NCBI GenBank assembly: GCA_037138055.1
Contig: JBAXJB010000005.1
Span: 6,485 to 70,484, forward strand
DNA length: 64,000 bases
Direction: 5' to 3'
Source of the DNA: Alphaproteobacteria bacterium
GTDB lineage: Bacteria; Pseudomonadota; Alphaproteobacteria; Paracaedibacterales; CAITNM01
Position numbers and translations under genes: made by a program. Each line of letters begins with the position of its first letter. Within the stretch, counting starts at the first letter, position 1. The notes below the pieces were generated by a model. The model was not told where the DNA came from. It ran no database searches and saw only the letters and a list, made by a program, of their open reading frames with translations. Below, piece by piece: positions 37,476 through 48,379 of this stretch.

Positions 37476-38020
37476 TGGCATTTACATTCTCAAAAGAAAA
37501 TCTTTCAAAAATTGAAGATATTTTAAAAAAATATCCAAAAGAAAAACAATCCAGCGCTGTGCTTCCTTTACTTGATTTAGCCCAACGTCAGAATGAAAAT
37601 TGGCTAAGCCCACAAGCTATTGAAGCAGTTGCAGCGTTTTTAGGCATGCCAGAAATTCGTGTGTATGAAGTCGCAAGTTTTTACAGCATGTACAATTTAA
37701 AACCCGTGGGGAAATACCATGTTCAGGTGTGTGGAACTACCCCATGCATGCTTTGCGGCGCAGAAGAAATTCTAAAAACGTGCCAAGACGAATTGAAAAT
37801 TTCAAAGGGGCAAACCACAGCAGACGGTATATTTACGTTGTCGGAAGTAGAATGCCTAGGAGCGTGTGTGAATGCTCCAATGATTCAAATTAACGATAAC
37901 ACCTATGAAGATTTATCATCTGATTCTGTAAAACTTATTCTGAAAGATTTGAAGGCTGGAAAGGAACCAAAAACTGGTTCGCAAACAGGACGTCAATGTT
38001 CAAAGGCTGCACCATGTTAA
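37475..38020 (+). CDS. nuoE: NADH-quinone oxidoreductase subunit E
   Basis: 181 aa with the 2Fe-2S cysteine pattern ([11 protein letters not shown]...CLGACVNAP). It overlaps the nuoD stop as TAATG. Confidence 0.94.
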   Translation: MAFTFSKENLSKIEDILKKYPKEKQSSAVLPLLDLAQRQNENWLSPQAIEAVAAFLGMPEIRVYEVASFYSMYNLKPVGKYHVQVCGTTPCMLCGAEEILKTCQDELKISKGQTTADGIFTLSEVECLGACVNAPMIQINDNTYEDLSSDSVKLILKDLKAGKEPKTGSQTGRQCSKAAPC

Positions 38021-39282
38021 AACAGCAGGATCGTATTTTTTCAAATCTTTACGGTGAAGAACCCTGGAATTTAAAATCAGCAAAATTACGTGGTGATTGG
38101 AATAGTACCAAGGATTTTATTTCAAAAGGTCGAGACTGGCTTATTGAAGAAGTTAAAGCAAGTGGCTTACGTGGCCGTGGTGGCGCTGGTTTTTCTACTG
38201 GCACGAAATGGTCATTTATGCCCAAAGATAGCTCAAAACCTCATTACCTAATAGTGAATGCAGATGAAAGCGAACCTGGCACCTGCAAAGACCGCGATAT
38301 ACTACGTAACGAACCACATAAATTGCTAGAAGGCACAGCCTTAGCTAGTTGCGCTATTGGTGCGCATGTAGCCTATATTTACATCCGTGGTGAATATTTT
38401 CATGAAGCTGAAATATTACAAGCAGCTATTGATGAAGCTTATGATGCAGGTTTTTTTGGAAAAAAATCAGAAAAAACTACCGGTTGGAATTTGGATGTAT
38501 ACTTGCGTCGCGGTGCTGGTGCTTACATATGCGGTGAAGAATCTGCATTAATGGAAAGCCTAGAAGGTAAAAAAGGCTTCCCAAGATTAAAGCCCCCCTT
38601 CCCTGCACAATCCGGACTATATAATTCACCAACCACTATTAACAACGTAGAATCTATAGCAGTTGTGCCAACTATTTTAAGACGTGGTGCTTCTTGGTTT
38701 TCAAGCATTGGCAGACCTAATAATTCAGGCACAAAAATCTTTTGCATATCTGGTCATGTAAATAATCCCTGCAACGTCGAAGAAGAAATGGGCATTTCTT
38801 TGCGTGAATTAATTGATAAACATGCGGGTGGAGTGCGCGGTGGTTGGGATAATTTAAAAGCAGTCATCCCTGGAGGATCATCAGTTCCTCTACTTCCTAA
38901 GTCAATTTGCGATGAAGTATTAATGGATTTTGATTCACTAGCGGCAGTGCAAAGCGGTTTAGGGACTGCTGCTGTAATTGTTATGGATAAATCAACAGAT
39001 GTCATTAAAGCTATTGCAAGATTATCAAAATTTTATATGCATGAAAGCTGTGGTCAGTGCTCTCCTTGTCGCGAAGGCACAGGATGGATGTGGAGAATGA
39101 TGGAACGACTTGTAAAAGGTCAGGCTGAAATTACAGATATTGACTTATTACAGCAAGTTTCAAAACAGATTGAGGGTCACACAATTTGTGCATTTGGTGA
39201 TGCAGCAGCATGGCCTGTTCAAGGATTGATTCGGCATTTTCGACATGAAATAGAAGCACGAATCCTGAAAGCAGTAGCATAG
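38014..39282 (+). CDS. nuoF: NADH-quinone oxidoreductase subunit F
   Basis: FMN/NADH-binding blocks ([13 protein letters not shown]; [13 protein letters not shown]) and the 4Fe-4S motif [12 protein letters not shown]. The ATG at 38014 is preferred over 37996. Confidence 0.95.
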   Translation: MLKQQDRIFSNLYGEEPWNLKSAKLRGDWNSTKDFISKGRDWLIEEVKASGLRGRGGAGFSTGTKWSFMPKDSSKPHYLIVNADESEPGTCKDRDILRNEPHKLLEGTALASCAIGAHVAYIYIRGEYFHEAEILQAAIDEAYDAGFFGKKSEKTTGWNLDVYLRRGAGAYICGEESALMESLEGKKGFPRLKPPFPAQSGLYNSPTTINNVESIAVVPTILRRGASWFSSIGRPNNSGTKIFCISGHVNNPCNVEEEMGISLRELIDKHAGGVRGGWDNLKAVIPGGSSVPLLPKSICDEVLMDFDSLAAVQSGLGTAAVIVMDKSTDVIKAIARLSKFYMHESCGQCSPCREGTGWMWRMMERLVKGQAEITDIDLLQQVSKQIEGHTICAFGDAAAWPVQGLIRHFRHEIEARILKAVA

Positions 39283-39284
39283 TT

Positions 39285-41288
39285 ATGGTGAAATTAGTTA
39301 TTGATGATCAAGAAATTGAAGTAGAAGCAGGCACAAGCATCCTGAAAGCTTGCGAAACACTTAAAAAAGAAATTCCAGTGTTTTGCTACCATCCTAAGTT
39401 AAAAGTCGCAGGAAACTGCCGCATGTGTTTAGTTGAAGTAGACAAATCATCTAAACCAATTGCCAGTTGCGTAACGCCAGTTGCAGAAGGCATGGTTGTT
39501 CATACAAAAACTCCTATGGTAGAAGACGCCAGAAAAGGCGTTTTAGAACTGCTTTTAATTAATCATCCGCTTGATTGTCCTATATGTGATCAAGGAGGTG
39601 AATGCGATCTGCAAGACCTGACCCTCAACTATGGCTCGGGAAATAGCAGATATAAATTCTATAAACGCGCTGTTTCTAATAAACACATGGGTCCATTTAT
39701 AAAAACGGTAATGAACCGCTGCATTCATTGTACCCGCTGTGTACGGTTTGCAACCGAAATTGCCGGTGTGCAAGAAATAGGTACTCATGGACGCGGTGAA
39801 CATACAGAAATTATTAGCTATTTAGATAAAGCTGTCAGTTCTGAACTTTCAGGAAATATGATTGATATTTGCCCAGTTGGCGCACTTACAAATAAGCCTT
39901 ACGCATTCCATGGACGACCTTGGGAACTACAACATACCGATTCTATTGATGTGCTTGATGCAGTAGGTAGCAACATTCGTATTGATGTTCGTGATGGAAA
40001 AGTATTACGAATCCTGCCTCGAACAAATGAGAATATTAACGAGGAATGGATTAGCGACAAAACGCGCTTTGCTTATGACGGATTGTCTTGTCAACGCCTT
40101 GATAAGCCTTACATACGCAAAAATGGAAAATTAGCTCCTTGTTCTTGGGACGAAGCATTTAATACTATTCGCAAAAAAATAGCGAAGACTGATCCTTCAG
40201 AAATTGCAGCACTTGCCGGTGATTTAGTTGATCAAGAGAGTCAACTAGCCTTAAGAATGCTACTAGATGCAATAGGTGTGAAAAACCGAGATTGCCGAAC
40301 CGATGGTGCAATGATTCCCTATGACCACAGAAGCAATTATCTATTTAATTCCACAATCAAGAATATAGAAAATGCCGATGTTATTTTGCTAATAGGGTGC
40401 AACCCACGACACGAAGCGACAATGGTTAATGCGCGTTTACGCAAAGCTGTTACACAAAATAATTGCACGATTGGATTAATTGGTGACCAGGTTGATTTAA
40501 CATATCCGTACCAATTTTTAAGCAATGATCCGTCGGTCTTAAGTGAAATTGCAAAAGGATCACATCCATTTTCTAAGGTTTTAAAATCTGCAAAAAACCC
40601 ATTGTTAATATTAGGAACCAGCTGCTTTTTGAATGCTAACTCGACATCGATTTTACATCAAACAAATGAACTACATAAAAAATTTGGTGTCCAAGTTAAT
40701 GTATTACACACAGCAGCGGGTCGTGTTGGTGGGCTAGATGTTGGATTTGTTCCTGCACCTGACGGCAAAAATTTCCACCAAATTCTTGAAAGCACAAAGA
40801 CCTCAGACATTAAAATATTGTATCTGTTAAACGTTGATATTGATGAAGATTTTTCAAATGCATTTGTAATTTACCAAGGGCATCATGGAGATAAAGGCGC
40901 ACAGAATGCAGATGTAATTTTACCAGGCGCTGTATATACCGAAAAATTTGCAACTTATGTAAATATGGAAGGACGAAGTCAGCAAACAAAACAAGCATTG
41001 CTCCCTCCTGGAGATGCAAAAGAAGATTGGAAAATCATTAGAGCTTTGTCAGAAGTTTTAGAAAAAACTCTTCCGTTTAACACCTTAGATCAGCTGCAAG
41101 ATTTACTACCTAAATTTCATGATTCAACCACATTTGAACCATTTAATGTCCCAGCTTCAAAAATCAACTCTAATCATTTTGAAACAACAATAAAAAATTA
41201 TTATATGCACGATGTTATCAGTCGGCACTCTGCCAATATGGCAAATGCTACAAGTGAAATTCAGGGAGACCAGCTTGGAATTATTTAA
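39285..41288 (+). CDS. nuoG: NADH-quinone oxidoreductase subunit G
   Basis: 667 aa with an N-terminal 2Fe-2S region ([16 protein letters not shown]), [18 protein letters not shown], and [10 protein letters not shown]. Confidence 0.95.
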   Translation: MVKLVIDDQEIEVEAGTSILKACETLKKEIPVFCYHPKLKVAGNCRMCLVEVDKSSKPIASCVTPVAEGMVVHTKTPMVEDARKGVLELLLINHPLDCPICDQGGECDLQDLTLNYGSGNSRYKFYKRAVSNKHMGPFIKTVMNRCIHCTRCVRFATEIAGVQEIGTHGRGEHTEIISYLDKAVSSELSGNMIDICPVGALTNKPYAFHGRPWELQHTDSIDVLDAVGSNIRIDVRDGKVLRILPRTNENINEEWISDKTRFAYDGLSCQRLDKPYIRKNGKLAPCSWDEAFNTIRKKIAKTDPSEIAALAGDLVDQESQLALRMLLDAIGVKNRDCRTDGAMIPYDHRSNYLFNSTIKNIENADVILLIGCNPRHEATMVNARLRKAVTQNNCTIGLIGDQVDLTYPYQFLSNDPSVLSEIAKGSHPFSKVLKSAKNPLLILGTSCFLNANSTSILHQTNELHKKFGVQVNVLHTAAGRVGGLDVGFVPAPDGKNFHQILESTKTSDIKILYLLNVDIDEDFSNAFVIYQGHHGDKGAQNADVILPGAVYTEKFATYVNMEGRSQQTKQALLPPGDAKEDWKIIRALSEVLEKTLPFNTLDQLQDLLPKFHDSTTFEPFNVPASKINSNHFETTIKNYYMHDVISRHSANMANATSEIQGDQLGII

Positions 41289-42312
41289 TATTTCATTTTC
41301 TGACGCATTTTTTTATGTATGGTCGCTACTTCCAAGTGTCCTATGGATTGCCGCCAAATGTTTCTCAATCATACTGCCTTTGATTCTAACGGTAGCTTAC
41401 ATAACATATGCGGAAAGAAAAATTATTGGAGCAATGCAGCTTCGTATTGGACCAAACATGGTTGGACCATTTGGTCTGTTGCAACCTATTGCAGATGCCA
41501 TAAAGCTTTTACATAAAGAAATTATTATACCTTTTTCATCTAACAAAATACTATTTATTCTAGCTCCACTACTAACTTTTGGTTTTAGTTTGGCGGCTTG
41601 GGCTGTTATTCCATTTGATGAAGGAGTAGTAATTGCGGACATAAACGTTGGAATTCTTTATCTATTTGCCACAGCTTCACTTGCTGTATATGGAATAATT
41701 TTAGCTGGCTGGGCTAGCAACTCAAAATATGCTTTTCTTGGAGCTCTACGTTCTGCAGCACAAATGATTTCTTATGAAGTTTCAATGGGATTAATTATTA
41801 TAACCGTATTAATTAATGTAGGTTCTCTCAACATCTCTGCAATTATTAAAGCACAGCAAAATACTTGGTTTATTGTCTATCTGTTTCCTATGTGGGTGAT
41901 TTTTTTCATCTCATCATTAGCAGAAGCAAACAGAACTCCATTTGACCTTCCTGAAGCTGAAGCTGAATTAGTTGCTGGATACCATGTTGAATATTCTTCA
42001 TTTCCTTTTGCATTATTTTTCTTAGGCGAGTATGCAAACATGATTTTACTAAGCGCAATGAACGCAATTTTATTTTTTGGCGGATGGCAACCTCCATTTA
42101 ACACCCCTCTATTTTTAATGGTTCCCGGATATATCTGGTTTGCTTTAAAAATTTCATTCTTTTTATTTTTATTCATTTGGGTTCGTGCTAGTTTACCTCG
42201 ATATCGCTATGATCAACTCATGCGTTTAGGCTGGAAAGTGTTTCTGCCAATATCGTTGATAGCCGTAATACTAACAGCAGCTATAAAACTTTTACAAATT
42301 GAGATCATCTGA
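41275..42312 (+). CDS. nuoH: NADH-quinone oxidoreductase subunit H
   Basis: Conserved [16 protein letters not shown], with [20 protein letters not shown] further downstream. The start is uncertain. TTG 41275 with GGGAGA 5 nt upstream gives a typical length, and ATG 41212 or 41245 are alternatives. Confidence 0.9.
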   Translation: MELFNISFSDAFFYVWSLLPSVLWIAAKCFSIILPLILTVAYITYAERKIIGAMQLRIGPNMVGPFGLLQPIADAIKLLHKEIIIPFSSNKILFILAPLLTFGFSLAAWAVIPFDEGVVIADINVGILYLFATASLAVYGIILAGWASNSKYAFLGALRSAAQMISYEVSMGLIIITVLINVGSLNISAIIKAQQNTWFIVYLFPMWVIFFISSLAEANRTPFDLPEAEAELVAGYHVEYSSFPFALFFLGEYANMILLSAMNAILFFGGWQPPFNTPLFLMVPGYIWFALKISFFLFLFIWVRASLPRYRYDQLMRLGWKVFLPISLIAVILTAAIKLLQIEII

Positions 42313-42812
42313 TGTTACAAAAGATCGAAAAATCAAAGAAGCATATAAGAAGATTAGTGCTCTACGATATTCTTGTGGGGCTTATGACAACGTTCAGATA
42401 TATGTTCAAACGCAAGGTCACAATTCAATACCCATTTGAAAAAACAGAACAAAGCCCAAGATTTAGAGGAGAGCACGCTTTACGACGCTATCCCAATGGT
42501 GAAGAGAGATGTATTGCCTGTAAATTATGTGAAGCAGTGTGCCCTGCGCAAGCGATTGTTATTGAAGCTGAACCAAGTGCAGATGGAAGCAGAAAAACCA
42601 CACGCTATGATATAGACATGACAAAATGCATCTACTGTGGTTTATGCCAAGAAGCTTGCCCTGTTGATGCTATTGTAGAAGGGCCTAATTTTGAATTTTC
42701 GACACTTTCTCATGAAGAACTTATTTTTAATAAAGAACGATTACTCAGTAATGGAGATCGTTGGGAATTAGCACTTGAAGAAAATATAAAAAAAAATGCG
42801 GAGTATAGATAA
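42312..42812 (+). CDS. nuoI: NADH-quinone oxidoreductase subunit I
   Basis: 166 aa with two 4Fe-4S ferredoxin motifs ([12 protein letters not shown]; [12 protein letters not shown]). Confidence 0.95.
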   Translation: MLQKIEKSKKHIRRLVLYDILVGLMTTFRYMFKRKVTIQYPFEKTEQSPRFRGEHALRRYPNGEERCIACKLCEAVCPAQAIVIEAEPSADGSRKTTRYDIDMTKCIYCGLCQEACPVDAIVEGPNFEFSTLSHEELIFNKERLLSNGDRWELALEENIKKNAEYR

Positions 42813-43423
42813 TGGGTGAAAGCATTCTTTATTTAGTATTTGTATTAGGCTTGCTTGGCTCCGCAACAGGTGTTGTACTTATGCGAACGCCTATACATAG
42901 CCTATTATTACTAATCATGACCTTTTTTAATGCTGCAGGTTTATTTTTAGTCTGGGGCGCTGAATTTTTAGCCATGATGCTTGTCATTGTTTATGTGGGT
43001 GCCGTCGCAGTTTTGTTTTTATTTGTTGTGATGATAATGAATGTTGATGAAAAACAACTTAAATTTGAATTCAGTTCATACACAGGATTTAGCACTATTT
43101 TAGCTTGCATACTTTTCACAGAGCTAATAATTGCTGTATTACCATGGAAAACTTGGGAAAAAGCAATCGATGTTATAGCGCTTCCTATTCCTCAAATGAC
43201 AACTAATGCTAACGCTATTGGCAATCACTTATATACTCAATATTTTTATATTTTTCAGCTCTCAGGCTTGTTACTTTTATTAGCGATGATTGGTGCCATT
43301 CTTTTGACGTTACGTACACGCAACCATATTGTGCATCAAGACATAAAACAACAAGTGAATAGAGAACCTACAGATACGCTAAGCTTAATAAAAGTTCCTT
43401 TTCATAAGGGGGTTGATGTATGA
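42812..43423 (+). CDS. nuoJ: NADH-quinone oxidoreductase subunit J
   Basis: 203 aa hydrophobic protein with a NuoJ-like pattern ([16 protein letters not shown]-type block), positioned between nuoI and nuoK. Confidence 0.88.
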   Translation: MGESILYLVFVLGLLGSATGVVLMRTPIHSLLLLIMTFFNAAGLFLVWGAEFLAMMLVIVYVGAVAVLFLFVVMIMNVDEKQLKFEFSSYTGFSTILACILFTELIIAVLPWKTWEKAIDVIALPIPQMTTNANAIGNHLYTQYFYIFQLSGLLLLLAMIGAILLTLRTRNHIVHQDIKQQVNREPTDTLSLIKVPFHKGVDV

Positions 43424-43722
43424 CTCATCTTTTAGTTTTAGTGCCTTCAATATACTTATTTTGTTTAGGCTTATTTGGCATTTATCATCGCAGACATAAT
43501 GTCATCATGGTTTTGTTATCCATAGAAATTATGCTTTTAAGTGTAAGTATTAACTTTGTGGGTTTTTCCTGTATTTTAAAAGACTTAGACGGTCAAATAT
43601 TTTCTTTATTTGTTTTAACGACGTCTGCAGCTGAAGCAGCAATTGGGTTAGCAATAGTGCTACTATACTATCGTAATCGTGGTAGCATATTCTTAAGTGA
43701 TATGAATCAATTAAAGGGGTAA
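43420..43722 (+). CDS. nuoK: NADH-quinone oxidoreductase subunit K
   Basis: 100 aa with three TM helices and conserved [11 protein letters not shown] and [11 protein letters not shown] blocks. It overlaps the nuoJ stop as ATGA. Confidence 0.92.
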   Translation: MTHLLVLVPSIYLFCLGLFGIYHRRHNVIMVLLSIEIMLLSVSINFVGFSCILKDLDGQIFSLFVLTTSAAEAAIGLAIVLLYYRNRGSIFLSDMNQLKG

Positions 43723-43728
43723 TTTTTT

Positions 43729-44469
43729 ATGCGGTACTTAAATATTCTGTTAAGTTTTTTGTTTTTTGTCGGTTGTGAAAAATCTTCAGAAAAAAATACT
43801 GATTCAATTTTAAATTTTGCTGTTTCTAGTGATTATCCGCCCTATATTTATAGCGAACATGGCAAGTTGGCTGGATTTGAAATTGAAATAATTAATACTA
43901 TTGCAGGAAGCTTAAAAAAAACTGTGCATTTTCATGATATCTCTTTTGAAGGAATTTTAAGAACAGTTAAACAAAAACAAGTCGATGGAGCTATTGCTGC
44001 AATTGGAAAAACTCCAGAACGTGAAAAAGATGTTGATTTCACGATTCCGTATCATCGTTCAATGACTGTAGTCGTTGTCCCATTCGCAACGTCAATACGC
44101 AATCTTGATGACATATCTAACAAGACAGTTGGAGTGGAATCAGGAACTACTTACGTGAATGATCTAAAAACCCATTTTAAAGACGTTAAGCTACTAATGC
44201 GCTCAAAATTTTCTGAACTTCTAGATGCATTACATGAAGGAAAATGCCAAGCAATTGTTACGGGATACTCAGAAGCATATGAATTACAAAGCATCAACCC
44301 TGATTTAAAAATTATCCCCATAGAAGAAACTGTTATCACTTTTTCAATAGCCTTACCAAAAGGATCCTCTCTACTTGAGCCTATCAATGAAAAAATACGA
44401 GATATGATTAAAAACAGAGATATTCATAAGCTTGAAACTCAGTTTTTTAAAAAAATTATCAAAGAATAA
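43729..44469 (+). CDS. Amino-acid ABC transporter substrate-binding lipoprotein (SBP family 3), orphan
   Basis: Lipobox-like LFFVGC, then family-3 blocks (DYPPYIY...GFEIEI, DGAIAAIGKTPEREKDVDFTIPY). It starts 6 nt after nuoK, where nuoL would normally follow. Confidence 0.8.
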   Translation: MRYLNILLSFLFFVGCEKSSEKNTDSILNFAVSSDYPPYIYSEHGKLAGFEIEIINTIAGSLKKTVHFHDISFEGILRTVKQKQVDGAIAAIGKTPEREKDVDFTIPYHRSMTVVVVPFATSIRNLDDISNKTVGVESGTTYVNDLKTHFKDVKLLMRSKFSELLDALHEGKCQAIVTGYSEAYELQSINPDLKIIPIEETVITFSIALPKGSSLLEPINEKIRDMIKNRDIHKLETQFFKKIIKE

Positions 44470-44486
44470 CATCTCTTTCTCCCTAA

Positions 44487-44523
44487 TTTTGCTGACCACT
44501 ACGCTGTAAGTCGGCAAAATTTT
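44487..44523 (+). terminator. Rho-independent terminator after the nuo / binding-protein string
   Basis: 10-bp stem TTTTGCTGAC (44487-44496) / GTCGGCAAAA (44510-44519) with one G-U pair and a 13-nt loop, followed by TTTT. Confidence 0.55.
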
Positions 44524-44541
44524 CCTTAAATAATTTTATTT

Positions 44542-44556
44542 CGGCAAAATTTGCCG
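44542..44556. promoter_or_regulatory. 15-bp perfect palindrome CGGCAAA-A-TTTGCCG upstream of fliF, a candidate operator
   Basis: It lies 69 nt before the fliF TTG start. Its left arm repeats TCGGCAAAATTT, which is also found at 44511-44522. No T-tract follows, so it is unlikely to be a terminator. Confidence 0.3.
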
Positions 44557-44624
44557 GGTTGTTAACCAATTATTTAACTCTTCGGACTACCTTAAGGGTA
44601 TAAACAAGCAAATTAGGCAACCCC

Positions 44625-46256
44625 TTGAACGAAATCCTGCAGCGTTTTGGCACCAGCCGCGTTATAACTATGGCTGGAATTGGCCTTGGTTTAATGACGT
44701 TTTTTGGTTACATCATGGTGCGCGCGAACCAAACCGAAATGGCCTTGCTATATAATCAAATAGAAGCAGCCGAAGGCGGTCGCGTCTTAGAAAAATTAAA
44801 GACGATGGGAATCCCTTTTGAAGTCAAAGGTGACGGAACACAAATTTATGCTCCTATAGATGATATTTCAAGATTACGGATGGAATTAGCACAAAGTGGC
44901 ATGCCATCTGGTGGTGGGGTAGGATATGAAATTTTTGACAAGCAAGATATTTTAGGAACAACTAATGCTCTATTAGGTATCAATCAGATCAGAGCTTTAG
45001 AGGGAGAACTTGGAAAATCAGTCCAAACTATTCAAGGGATACAAGCTGCACGTGTGCATCTCGTCATTCCTAAACGCGAACTTTTTAGCGAAAACAAACA
45101 GGAACCTTCCGCATCAGTAATGATACGTATGAAAGGTGTAGCTGTTCTTTCTGCAACTCAAGTTCAGTCAATTCGCTACTTAGTTGCTTCAGCAGTTCCT
45201 GGCTTAATTTTAGATCAAGTTTCAATAGTAGATGACCGAGGAAACTTGCTTGCCCGAGGAAAAGATTCTGCGGAAACAAAAGATAATCTTACAATGCAAC
45301 AAACAACCCAACGTGAATATGAACAACGCATTTCAAGGTCAATTGAAGCACTACTAGATCGAACTCTTGGATTAAATAAAACCAGAGTGGAAGTCTCTGT
45401 TGATATGGACTTTGATCAAGTTTCATCAACATCTGTTTTATTTGACCCTGAAGGACAAGTTGTAAAAAATCAAATAATCAACGAGGAAGGTGTCAGCACA
45501 AGCGAAAAATCTGCTTCTAGTGATGCTGTTTCCATTCAAAACTCTTTGCCTGTTGGGCAAGAAGGACAGGGAAATACTGGAAATAACAATAAGAATCAAA
45601 CTAGCAATATTGAAGAAAATATCAATTATGAAATTTCAAATACTACAAAAACGTATGTCAAAGAATTGGGCACTATAAAGCGATTATCAATTGCAGTTAT
45701 GGTTGATGGAAATTACAAAAAGAAAAATGATGGTACTCAAGAATATCAACCAAGATCAGACGAGGAATTGAATAAACTAAAAGACTTAGTGAAAACTGCA
45801 ACGGGATACAAAGAAGATCGCGGTGACGTTGTGAGTTTAGTTAACTTAAAATTCAGCGAACTTCCGCAAGATACTATTCCAGAAAAGCAAGAAAATCCAT
45901 TTTTTGGCCTAAATTTAAATAAATTAGCCGAATTAAGCATTACAGCACTTGTTGTTTTAATTGGCTTGTTTACGGTAGTTAAACCATTTATATCATCTTT
46001 AATGAGAACAACTTCCTCTAGAGCACTATCAGGTAATTCAGAAATTTCATCTGACAGCTCCACAAAAATTCATGTGGAAGAACAATCAAATACAAATAGA
46101 TCTACAGGTTCAAAGCAAGCACAACCCCCAATAAATATCGATCATATTGAAGGAATGGTTAATCAATCATCGACTAAAAAAATTGCAGAACTTGTTGATC
46201 GACACCCAGAAGAAGCTGTTTCAATTATTAGATCTTGGATGCATTCGGATAAATAG
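44625..46256 (+). CDS. fliF: Flagellar MS-ring protein FliF
   Basis: 543 aa with a TTG start. It has an N-terminal TM helix, conserved FliF/YscJ blocks (LYNQIEAAEGGRVLEKLKTMGIPFEV; ELAQSGMP; ARVHLVIP), and a C-terminal TM helix. Confidence 0.92.
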   Translation: MNEILQRFGTSRVITMAGIGLGLMTFFGYIMVRANQTEMALLYNQIEAAEGGRVLEKLKTMGIPFEVKGDGTQIYAPIDDISRLRMELAQSGMPSGGGVGYEIFDKQDILGTTNALLGINQIRALEGELGKSVQTIQGIQAARVHLVIPKRELFSENKQEPSASVMIRMKGVAVLSATQVQSIRYLVASAVPGLILDQVSIVDDRGNLLARGKDSAETKDNLTMQQTTQREYEQRISRSIEALLDRTLGLNKTRVEVSVDMDFDQVSSTSVLFDPEGQVVKNQIINEEGVSTSEKSASSDAVSIQNSLPVGQEGQGNTGNNNKNQTSNIEENINYEISNTTKTYVKELGTIKRLSIAVMVDGNYKKKNDGTQEYQPRSDEELNKLKDLVKTATGYKEDRGDVVSLVNLKFSELPQDTIPEKQENPFFGLNLNKLAELSITALVVLIGLFTVVKPFISSLMRTTSSRALSGNSEISSDSSTKIHVEEQSNTNRSTGSKQAQPPINIDHIEGMVNQSSTKKIAELVDRHPEEAVSIIRSWMHSDK

Positions 46257-46258
46257 AT

Positions 46259-47296
46259 ATGACTGAAGAATTCTTAAACATCATAAAAGAAGAAAAAATT
46301 AGCTATTCAGGCAATGAAAGAGCAGCAATTATGATGTTCTCTCTTCCAGATGAACAAGTGCAAAAAATATTTTCTTATCTAGAAACAGAAGAAATAAAAG
46401 ATTTGTCACAAGCCATGGCAAATTTGGGCACAATCAGTTCTGAAAAGGTTGAAACGTTGTGCGTTGAATTTGTCAATGAAATATCAAGCACAGGGTCGTT
46501 GGTTGGTTCTATAGAAAGCACAAGGCGCTTGCTTTTAAAACTCATGACACAAAGTGAAGTTGATAAGATTATTGAGGATGTTCGTGGGCCTGCAGGTAAA
46601 AACTTATGGGATAAACTTAGCAGCGTAGATGAAGAAATATTGGCAGGATATCTTAAGAATGAATCTCCACAAACTGTTGCTGTTATTTTATCCCGTATAC
46701 GCCCTGAGACTTCAGCAAAAGTTCTTTCTTGCCTACCTGAAACTATGGCAGATGAAATAGTTATACGTTTGTTACGTATGGATACTGTTAAAAAAGAGGT
46801 CATTGAAGAAATAGAAAATACTTTGCACCGAGAATTTATTAGCACATTAGGTAGATCTGTAAAGAAAGATCCATATGAGATAGTTGCCGAGGTATTTAAT
46901 AATCTAGACCGCACATCAGAAATGCGTTTGCTAAATAGACTTGAAGAAAAAAAACCAGAAATAGCTGAACGAATTCGCAATCTAATGTTTACCTTCGAAG
47001 ACATAGTTCAATTAGATAAAACAAGTATTGTAGTAATACTAAGAACTATAGACAAATCCAAACTAGCAATTGCCCTAAAAGGTACTCAAGATCGCATTAA
47101 AGAGAAATTTATTAAGAATATGTCGGAACGCGGAGCAAAACTCTTATTAGATGAAATGGCCAATCTAGGGTTGGTAAGATTAAAAGACGTGGAAAAAGCC
47201 CAGAATGAAATTGTAATGATTGCAAAAAACTTAGCCGCTTGTAATGAAATTAGCATTAACAATGGCTCTGAAAAGGGCGAACAGTTAGTAGAGTAA
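46259..47296 (+). CDS. fliG: Flagellar motor switch protein FliG
   Basis: 345 aa with GNERAAIMMFSL, ESPQTVAVILSRI, and C-terminal MFTFEDIVQLD...GAKLLLDEM motifs. Confidence 0.93.
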   Translation: MTEEFLNIIKEEKISYSGNERAAIMMFSLPDEQVQKIFSYLETEEIKDLSQAMANLGTISSEKVETLCVEFVNEISSTGSLVGSIESTRRLLLKLMTQSEVDKIIEDVRGPAGKNLWDKLSSVDEEILAGYLKNESPQTVAVILSRIRPETSAKVLSCLPETMADEIVIRLLRMDTVKKEVIEEIENTLHREFISTLGRSVKKDPYEIVAEVFNNLDRTSEMRLLNRLEEKKPEIAERIRNLMFTFEDIVQLDKTSIVVILRTIDKSKLAIALKGTQDRIKEKFIKNMSERGAKLLLDEMANLGLVRLKDVEKAQNEIVMIAKNLAACNEISINNGSEKGEQLVE

Positions 47297-47298
47297 TT

Positions 47299-47967
47299 AT
47301 GGAACAGAAAAATAAAATTTATACAAATTTCATCAGTAAAAATTCCACACCGCTAATAATGCGTGAGTTTGCCATAGAAAATAATAAACTCATCTTTACT
47401 GAAGAAGATATCAAGAATGCAGAATCTGAAGGTTATACAAAAGGGTTCAACGAAGGAATTGAATTAGGGGTATCTCAAGGAGAGCTAAAAGCTACCAGAG
47501 AAATAGATACCATTGTTCAAAAAGCTCTTTTAGAAATTGAAAGTTCTCTAAAAGAAATTATAAAAATAGAAAAAGTTTTTTCTGAAAATTTTTTCTCAAG
47601 TATTTTAAGAGTTTGCTCAGCCGTTCTCAGTAAATCTATGCCTTTCTTTTTTAAAAAACATGGCCAAAAAGAAATGAAAAAATTTTTAAAAGAAATTGTT
47701 GAATCATTAGTAATTCAGATGCCTATTCAAGTGAAAGTTCCTGAATTTATTTATGAGGAGACATTGGAGCATTTAAAAAATTTATGTTCTACTTATCCTG
47801 AAACGATAAACATTATAAAAACTAATGAGCTTATAGATAACGCATGTGAAATTGAATGGAATGGTGGGGGCGCACAATGGAATCTAGAGACACGGTATCA
47901 AGCAATTGAGTTAAAGATGCAAGAATATCTAAATACTTATGTAGAACAAGGAGAGCACCATGGATAA
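47299..47967 (+). CDS. fliH: FliH-like flagellar export/assembly protein (positional equivalent of Caulobacter FlbE)
   Basis: 222 aa with an N-terminal E-GY-KGF-EG-ELG repeat region and a C-terminal block ending CEIEWNGGGAQWNLETR. It sits between fliG and fliN. Similarity is weak. Confidence 0.6.
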   Translation: MEQKNKIYTNFISKNSTPLIMREFAIENNKLIFTEEDIKNAESEGYTKGFNEGIELGVSQGELKATREIDTIVQKALLEIESSLKEIIKIEKVFSENFFSSILRVCSAVLSKSMPFFFKKHGQKEMKKFLKEIVESLVIQMPIQVKVPEFIYEETLEHLKNLCSTYPETINIIKTNELIDNACEIEWNGGGAQWNLETRYQAIELKMQEYLNTYVEQGEHHG

Positions 47968-48367
47968 TGTAGATAATCCAGGAAATGAAACAATAGCAGA
48001 TTTTAGCAAAAAAAATGTCATTCAGGATGAACTATCAACATCTTGGTCGGACAAATTTGAAGCAGATACTACTGTTAACACAGAGCAACTAAAAAACTTA
48101 ATTTCTGACAGCCATGACCCAGCAGACTTGGAGGCCGTGTTTGAAGTCCCTGTTATGGTTTCAGCTGTTTTAGGCAGCGCTCGAATGCCAGTTCACCAGT
48201 TATTAAAACTTGGACGAGGAGCGGTTATTGAACTTGATCGGCGCGTAGGTGAGGCAATTGATATCTATGTCAATAACCTTCTGATTGCCCGTGGGGAAGT
48301 TGTTATGGTTGAAGATAAACTTGGCATTACAATGACAGAGATTATTAAAACTAAAAGTAAAACATAA
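47960..48367 (+). CDS. fliN: Flagellar motor switch protein FliN
   Basis: 135 aa with a C-terminal SpoA/FliN domain (VPVMVSAVLGSARMPVHQLLKLGRGAVIELDRRVGEAIDIYVNNLLIARGEVV). Confidence 0.9.
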   Translation: MDNVDNPGNETIADFSKKNVIQDELSTSWSDKFEADTTVNTEQLKNLISDSHDPADLEAVFEVPVMVSAVLGSARMPVHQLLKLGRGAVIELDRRVGEAIDIYVNNLLIARGEVVMVEDKLGITMTEIIKTKSKT

Positions 48368-48379
48368 GGAAATAAAAAT

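Noticed and set aside
44541-44556. Reading GGCAAAATTTGC in the fliF upstream palindrome as a sigma-54 (-24 GG / -12 GC) promoter.
   Set aside because: The GG-to-GC spacing is two nucleotides shorter than in the TGGCAC-N5-TTGC consensus. In addition, fliF is a class II, sigma-54-independent gene in the Caulobacter paradigm. I kept it only as a candidate operator.
46375-47004. A 209-aa ORF antisense to fliG, unusually long for an AT-rich genome.
   Set aside because: It lies wholly inside a well-supported fliG frame. The translation is low-complexity and Ser/Ile/Leu-rich with no recognisable motif and no visible Shine-Dalgarno sequence. It is most simply the mirror of fliG's GAA/AAA/GAT-rich codon usage, which avoids stop codons on the opposite strand.
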